NCBI GenBank assembly: GCA_038826135.1
Contig: JAWBON010000040.1
Coordinates: 1-10,485, forward strand
Length of the DNA stretch: 10,485 nucleotides
Origin: Candidatus Odinarchaeota archaeon
Lineage (GTDB): Archaea; Asgardarchaeota; Odinarchaeia; Odinarchaeales; Odinarchaeaceae
Direction of reading: 5' to 3'
Shown: piece after piece, positions 6,473-10,485 of the stretch
Numbering within the stretch: position 1 is the first letter of the stretch
Layout: the number at the start of each line of letters is the position of its first letter
The notes under the pieces: generated by a model
What the model was told of the DNA's origin: nothing
Database searches by the model: none
Seen by the model: only the letters and a program-made list of their open reading frames with translations
Translations under genes and position numbers: made by a program

Positions 6473-6844
6473 TTATATGTCGAAGTGGAATTCAGCCCAT
6501 TCGACTTTTTTATTTTTAACTAATTCTCTAATTTTTTTCTGAACCTCGTTAAGCTGTGATTTATGAACTTTAAACTCGCAGAATATTATTTTATCATCTG
6601 TGAATTGTATGCCATCTATAGGTGAACCTATGAACCTGAAGTTTTGAGGGTCATAAGGGTAGGTTTCCATTAAAGGGAACCACTGCTCACTTATTCTGCC
6701 ATAAGTGGTGGAGAGACTTTTTTGCTGGGTTATCTTAGCCTCTATCTCCCGCTGCAGCGCTCTATTTCGTTTAATGAGGAGAAAACAGGTTAAAATTAAT
6801 ATGGCTATGGTGATAGCTAAACCGGAAAGTAAAAATTCTATCAA
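6473..6844 (-). CDS. Membrane-anchored Holliday junction resolvase-like endonuclease (COG4741 / Endonuc_Holl type)
   Basis: 123 aa. N-terminal hydrophobic helix (residues about 4-24), short coiled coil, YGRISEQWFP, then FRFIGSPIDGIQF and IIFCEFK (PD-(D/E)xK core) and LNEVQKKIR. TTG start with GAGGGGG RBS. Confidence 0.82.
   Translation of the reverse strand: MIEFLLSGLAITIAILILTCFLLIKRNRALQREIEAKITQQKSLSTTYGRISEQWFPLMETYPYDPQNFRFIGSPIDGIQFTDDKIIFCEFKVHKSQLNEVQKKIRELVKNKKVEWAEFHFDI
6506..6517 (+). terminator. Candidate oligo(T) terminator for guaAB
   Basis: TTTTTTATTTTT starts 36 nt after the guaAB stop, with another T7 at 6532-6538. Both lie inside the antisense of the nuclease CDS. Archaeal terminators are typically T tracts; not otherwise verifiable here. 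Confidence 0.35.
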
Positions 6845-6874
6845 CTAATATCCCCCTCACTATTTGTAAATTTT

Positions 6875-8395
6875 TTAATATAACGCGGATACGCGTTTAA
6901 GCAGCATTCCTTCGATAGTTACCGGATTAGATTTATTAGCTATGGAGATAGCTTCGCTGAGCTTTGAGGATCTTTCAGCATAGATTTTTAGAAGCGGATC
7001 CCCTTTCTTCACGTATCCGCCTCTCTTCTTATATAAGTATACTCCAGCGCCTTTATGTTCAGGTGCACCAGCGGTTTTCGCTATCATGTTAAGCGCTTTG
7101 TTGTCAACTTCAACGATGTACCCTGCGAATGGGGCGGGTATATCCTCTGTGTGTTCACCTAAGGGGATGTCTTCGGGTTTAATTTTAGGGTCACCGCCCT
7201 GGTTTTCAATTATCTCCTGCATTTTTTTAAGGGCTTTACCGCTGTTTACGCATTCCATTGCTATTTGCTGTCCTAGGCCTCTGGCTGCAAGACCGGCCAT
7301 TTCTAATAGTATTCCAGCTAGGGCTGTGGATTTTTCTACCAGTGATGTTGAAGTCCCTACTCCCATTAAAGCTTCAAGCGCCTCTTTAGCCTCTAAAGCC
7401 GGTCCTATAGTGTGCCCGATAGGTTGATCCCCGTATGTTAATCCGACTTCAACTTTTATTTTTAATCGTTCACCGAGCTCTACAAACTTTCTTGAAAGTG
7501 CGACAGCCTCCTCTTTACTTTTCACCTTAGCATTAGCCCCTATAGGAACATCTAATACAAGAGAGTCGACGCCTATGGCCAGTTTCTTAGACATTATAGA
7601 GGCGAGCATTTGACTGACTGGATCTATGCTTAAAGGATATTCTACGGTTTCGATGAGAATATCATCAGCGGGGGCTATGTTAAGTGTTCCACCCCATACT
7701 AGACAGCCGCGTGTTTTTTTAACAAGAGATTTAATCTCTTCAATCTGGAAATTCACAGGTGCGAGAACCTCGAAGGTGTCAGCTGTACCGGAGGGGGATG
7801 TGATCGCGCGGCTGCTTGTTTTAGGTATGAGAAGCCCCATAGAGGCGATTATAGGAACTATTAGAAGAGAGACTTTATTTCCCGGTACACCGCCTATAGA
7901 GTGTTTATCGTAAACCGGTTCCTCGAAGTCTATTGTGACACCGGTTTCAGTTATAGCCCTAGTCAAATACTCTACTTCACTCACGGAGAGTTCCTGGTAG
8001 TGCTGGGCTAGTATGAAAGCGGTCATTTCCACAGGTGAGAGATTCAGGGAGACAATATCTTTAACGATCTCAGTCATTTCCGCCTGGGTTAAATCTTCTC
8101 CGCTTAACTTCTTTTTAATATAGGAGAGTGAAACAGGTGTTTTAGCAGAGGCAACTTCAACTGTATCCCCCTCCTTAACGTTTAAGGCTTTAAGAATACG
8201 CGGGTTTACGCCAATCTCCCCATCCTTTAAAATGCTTTTAGTTGTTAAAAGAGAGGCTAACACGCTTTTACCGGTTGATTTAATCTGAACCCGACCGCGC
8301 GGAGCGGCTCTCAAGCTCTTAGCATCCTTCTCGTTTAAAATAACCTGGTTATAGTCACATAGTATATCTATTAATTTAACAGTGTATTCCACCAT
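6875..8395 (-). CDS. deoA: AMP (NMP) phosphorylase, pentose bisphosphate pathway
   Basis: About 506 aa thymidine phosphorylase-family protein with the archaea-type N-terminal extension. Motifs DKHSIGGVPGNK, IPKTSSRAITSPSGTAD, LNIAPADD, ASIMSKK and GHTIGPALEA. Likely start ATG 8395 (AAGGTG 6 nt upstream) rather than GTG 8404. Confidence 0.94.
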   Translation of the reverse strand: MVEYTVKLIDILCDYNQVILNEKDAKSLRAAPRGRVQIKSTGKSVLASLLTTKSILKDGEIGVNPRILKALNVKEGDTVEVASAKTPVSLSYIKKKLSGEDLTQAEMTEIVKDIVSLNLSPVEMTAFILAQHYQELSVSEVEYLTRAITETGVTIDFEEPVYDKHSIGGVPGNKVSLLIVPIIASMGLLIPKTSSRAITSPSGTADTFEVLAPVNFQIEEIKSLVKKTRGCLVWGGTLNIAPADDILIETVEYPLSIDPVSQMLASIMSKKLAIGVDSLVLDVPIGANAKVKSKEEAVALSRKFVELGERLKIKVEVGLTYGDQPIGHTIGPALEAKEALEALMGVGTSTSLVEKSTALAGILLEMAGLAARGLGQQIAMECVNSGKALKKMQEIIENQGGDPKIKPEDIPLGEHTEDIPAPFAGYIVEVDNKALNMIAKTAGAPEHKGAGVYLYKKRGGYVKKGDPLLKIYAERSSKLSEAISIANKSNPVTIEGMLLKRVSALY

Positions 8396-8421
8396 ATCAA
8401 GCACCTTTCATAAGATATCTA

Positions 8422-9345
8422 TTAATCTATGAATATAAACGGATAGCTTTCAACAGCAGCCCCGTAAAGATAGGCTGGGGGTAGTATTCCAAGCTCGGTT
8501 ATAATTCCGTGAATGTACTTTCTAGCCACGGTTTCAAACGCGGGGTTATCGATTTTCAAACCAGCAGGCCGGTCAACCCAAATCTCCCCGGGATCCCGCA
8601 TCTCTATTTTTTCAAGGTTCCCTATCACTGTTTCAGGCGAGAATTTGAAGACGGGTGTAGCTACATAGAATGGCACATTATATTCTTCAGCGGCTAGGGC
8701 CAGAAGCCGGGTACCTATCTTATTGATAACAACCCCCTCGGAGGTTACAGCGTCAGCTCCAACTATTATCAGATCAACCTCTTTCTGTTGAATAGCCCAT
8801 CTCATAGCTGAGTCAACTATAAGTGTTGTTTTAACACCTTTCTCAACAAGTTCTTTAGCGGTGATATGGCCTTGATATAAAGGTCTGGTTTCCGTGCATA
8901 TTACATCAAATTTTTTACCGTCCTCAAAGGCTTTTATTAAAATACCGCTAACAATCGAACTGTGACAGTGAGTCATCACTGTTATCCCGTCAACTATTCT
9001 GTTAGCGCCGATTAACTGGATTTTCATCTTAGCGTTTTTAAGTAATGTAATATATTGTGAAGCCAAGGATTCTACTAATTCGCTTACACGCGGTTTTTCC
9101 CCCATGTTTTTCTGAAAATTATATAGTATATATTTTACACCATTCCTCATAGTAGGCTCGGTGGGCCTGCTCTGGAATAATATGTCTTTCATCCTGTTTA
9201 AAAGAGAAAGGCTTTCTTGAACTGTTTTCGGCTTTAAAATCTTCATCTGCTCGCTTATAGCTGTTAAAGCTTTCACAGCTATGTTAGTAGCACCCTGAAT
9301 CTTCAAATTTTTTATATCAGCCGCGACTTTTTCAATAATTTCCAT
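8422..9345 (-). CDS. e2b2: Ribose-1,5-bisphosphate isomerase (eIF-2B family)
   Basis: 307 aa. Motifs IQGATNIA, SRPTEPTMRN, THCHSS (catalytic Cys), ETRPLYQG, IVDSA, VGADA (catalytic Asp), NKIGT, NPAFE and IITELG. Directly upstream of AMP phosphorylase. Confidence 0.92.
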   Translation of the reverse strand: MEIIEKVAADIKNLKIQGATNIAVKALTAISEQMKILKPKTVQESLSLLNRMKDILFQSRPTEPTMRNGVKYILYNFQKNMGEKPRVSELVESLASQYITLLKNAKMKIQLIGANRIVDGITVMTHCHSSIVSGILIKAFEDGKKFDVICTETRPLYQGHITAKELVEKGVKTTLIVDSAMRWAIQQKEVDLIIVGADAVTSEGVVINKIGTRLLALAAEEYNVPFYVATPVFKFSPETVIGNLEKIEMRDPGEIWVDRPAGLKIDNPAFETVARKYIHGIITELGILPPAYLYGAAVESYPFIFID

Positions 9346-9373
9346 AAAATATCACTGTGAAAAATACTAAACC

Positions 9374-9400
9374 TATATATATAAATCTTTAATTATAAAA
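9374..9400. promoter_or_regulatory. Divergent promoter with TATA boxes
   Basis: The minus strand reads TTTATATA at 9385-9378, about 33 nt before the R15P isomerase ATG. The plus strand has TTATAAAA at 9393-9400, about 24 nt before ATG 9424. Confidence 0.55.
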
Positions 9401-9423
9401 AGAAGGCGTAGAGAGGTTCCGCT

Positions 9424-10401
9424 ATGATCACTTTCAGTTTTGATAACCGGGTTTGGAGAGTTGAATTTCCCAGTTTAAACGCGGATTTCAAGGTTGAATT
9501 CAACGTTTCAGATATTGACAGAATAGTTGAACATGAGACAACAGTGTCGGATAAAACTGTGATAAATAAATTATTAGAGAGCGTGTCTTCAGAGGGTTTC
9601 CTCCACCCCGTGCTTGTCACGGAGCATAGGGGGGTTTATGTTATAGCGGATGGCACTCATAGGTTATTCGCGCTCAGAGAACTTGCTTTAAAAAAAGACT
9701 GTAGAATACACGTGCCGTTAAATATTCTCCGCGAACCCTATTTTAAACGCGATAGCTGGGTCTTCTATTTTAACAGTCGAATAAATCTTGAACGCATCAT
9801 GGAAGACGGTTTCACAGCCACTGAAGTGGATTCTAAAGATGTGGAGAAGGCGAGTGACCTGGTTATCAGTGGAAAGATCCAGGCTCTTATCAAGACTGGG
9901 GGTAAAATCTACACTGTTCACCGGAAAGTTGATGACAGATACAGTTTTCTGAAATCGCTTAAAGAACTGGATAATTTACTAGGCGATTATAACGAGCTGG
10001 TTTTACGTGAAATGTTTACAAGTAAACCTGGAGAGATGGCTTTTCTAGCTCCACCGATTGACAGGAAAGGTGATATCGAACTGCTTGTGGAGAATAAAAA
10101 TCTTAGGAGAAGAAAAGCTTCCAGAACAGTTGTGAAGCTGAGACCTTTATTCTTAGACACGCCCCTACAGGTATTATGCGAAGACTACGAGGATGTGAAG
10201 AATTTTATAATGGAGAAAATTGAAAACCTCATATATAATGAAAAAATACTTTTAGTTAAGCCTCCGGTAACAGGTCTTGATTTTTGCAACGACGCGTTCG
10301 ATCACCCTCTTCTGGTGATGAATAAGGATATTTTTTACAGTAAGAATAATTTGAAAAAGAAGCTGGAAAACCAGCTTCTCGAAGAATATAAGATAATTTA
10401 A
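9424..10401 (+). CDS. ParB/Srx-fold protein, divergent SerK (free serine kinase)-like
   Basis: 325 aa. EHE (36-38), LESVSSEG, HPVLV, YVIADGTHR (72-80), W112 and KASR (231-234) follow the order of SerK motifs PHE, ESVTGSG, KPMLL, YLIVDGHHR, TW and KTTRH as recalled. No HTH recognised. GAGAGG upstream. Confidence 0.7.
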   Translation: MITFSFDNRVWRVEFPSLNADFKVEFNVSDIDRIVEHETTVSDKTVINKLLESVSSEGFLHPVLVTEHRGVYVIADGTHRLFALRELALKKDCRIHVPLNILREPYFKRDSWVFYFNSRINLERIMEDGFTATEVDSKDVEKASDLVISGKIQALIKTGGKIYTVHRKVDDRYSFLKSLKELDNLLGDYNELVLREMFTSKPGEMAFLAPPIDRKGDIELLVENKNLRRRKASRTVVKLRPLFLDTPLQVLCEDYEDVKNFIMEKIENLIYNEKILLVKPPVTGLDFCNDAFDHPLLVMNKDIFYSKNNLKKKLENQLLEEYKII

Positions 10402-10433
10402 AAATTTAGTGGGTAGAAGAATTATTAAGCCGT

Positions 10434-10485
10434 CTATTTTGCGATACCCCAGTGATCTAAGGCTCTCTTCAACTCGATATGGGTT
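10434..10485 (-). CDS. Possible 3' end of a convergent gene entering from beyond the window
   Basis: The minus frame from 10484 reads THIELKRALDHWGIAK then TAG (10436-10434). Only 16 residues are visible, so this is unverifiable. Confidence 0.25.
   Translation of the reverse strand, partial: THIELKRALDHWGIAK

Noticed and set aside
7086-8697. Plus-strand ORFs 7086..7427, 7626..7913 and 8509..8697
   Set aside because: Antisense shadows of AMP phosphorylase and R15P isomerase.
8422-9345. Annotation as translation factor eIF-2B subunit or methylthioribose-1-phosphate isomerase
   Set aside because: The THCHS Cys motif, SRPTEP and adjacency to AMP phosphorylase favour R15P isomerase; the MtnA-type VRGAP and THCN motifs are absent.
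9393-9921. Minus-strand ORFs 9393..9620 and 9718..9921
   Set aside because: Antisense to the SerK-like CDS; no motifs or convincing RBS.
9424-10401. Reading the ParB-like domain as a chromosome or plasmid partition system
   Set aside because: No parA neighbour, no parS-like palindromes or iterons, no HTH recognised; the HE, W and KxxR motifs fit the SerK branch better.
10253-10485. Longer open minus-strand frame entering from the window end (NPYRVEESLRSLGY...)
   Set aside because: It would overlap the SerK-like CDS by about 150 nt antisense and becomes low-information hydrophobic sequence; the short frame ending at 10434 is more plausible.

Overview
A densely coding archaeal chromosomal window (GGTG/GAGG ribosome-binding sites, TTG/GTG starts, TATA-like intergenic regions, archaeal gene families). 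No mobile element, CRISPR array, tRNA or rRNA was seen. Left to right: the 3' part of an unknown coiled-coil protein; a methanofuran biosynthesis cluster (mfnB on +, facing an mfnD-mfnF-mfnE operon on - that ends in a dCMP deaminase-like gene); an archaeal GMP synthase subunit B (guaAB) split by one extra G in a G7 run and carrying a partly duplicated C-terminal domain; a minus-strand run of ribose-1,5-bisphosphate isomerase, AMP phosphorylase and a membrane-anchored PD-(D/E)xK nuclease; and, divergent from that run, a ParB/Srx-fold protein with the motif layout of the free serine kinase SerK but an altered active site. The most promising leads are the SerK-like kinase and the membrane nuclease flanking the AMP salvage genes, the deaminase inside the mfn cluster, the guaAB frameshift and duplication, and a 14-bp inverted repeat in the mfnD/guaAB divergent promoter. 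Family assignments come from motif recognition and recalled reference sequences; no database search was run, and the lineage cannot be fixed from this window.
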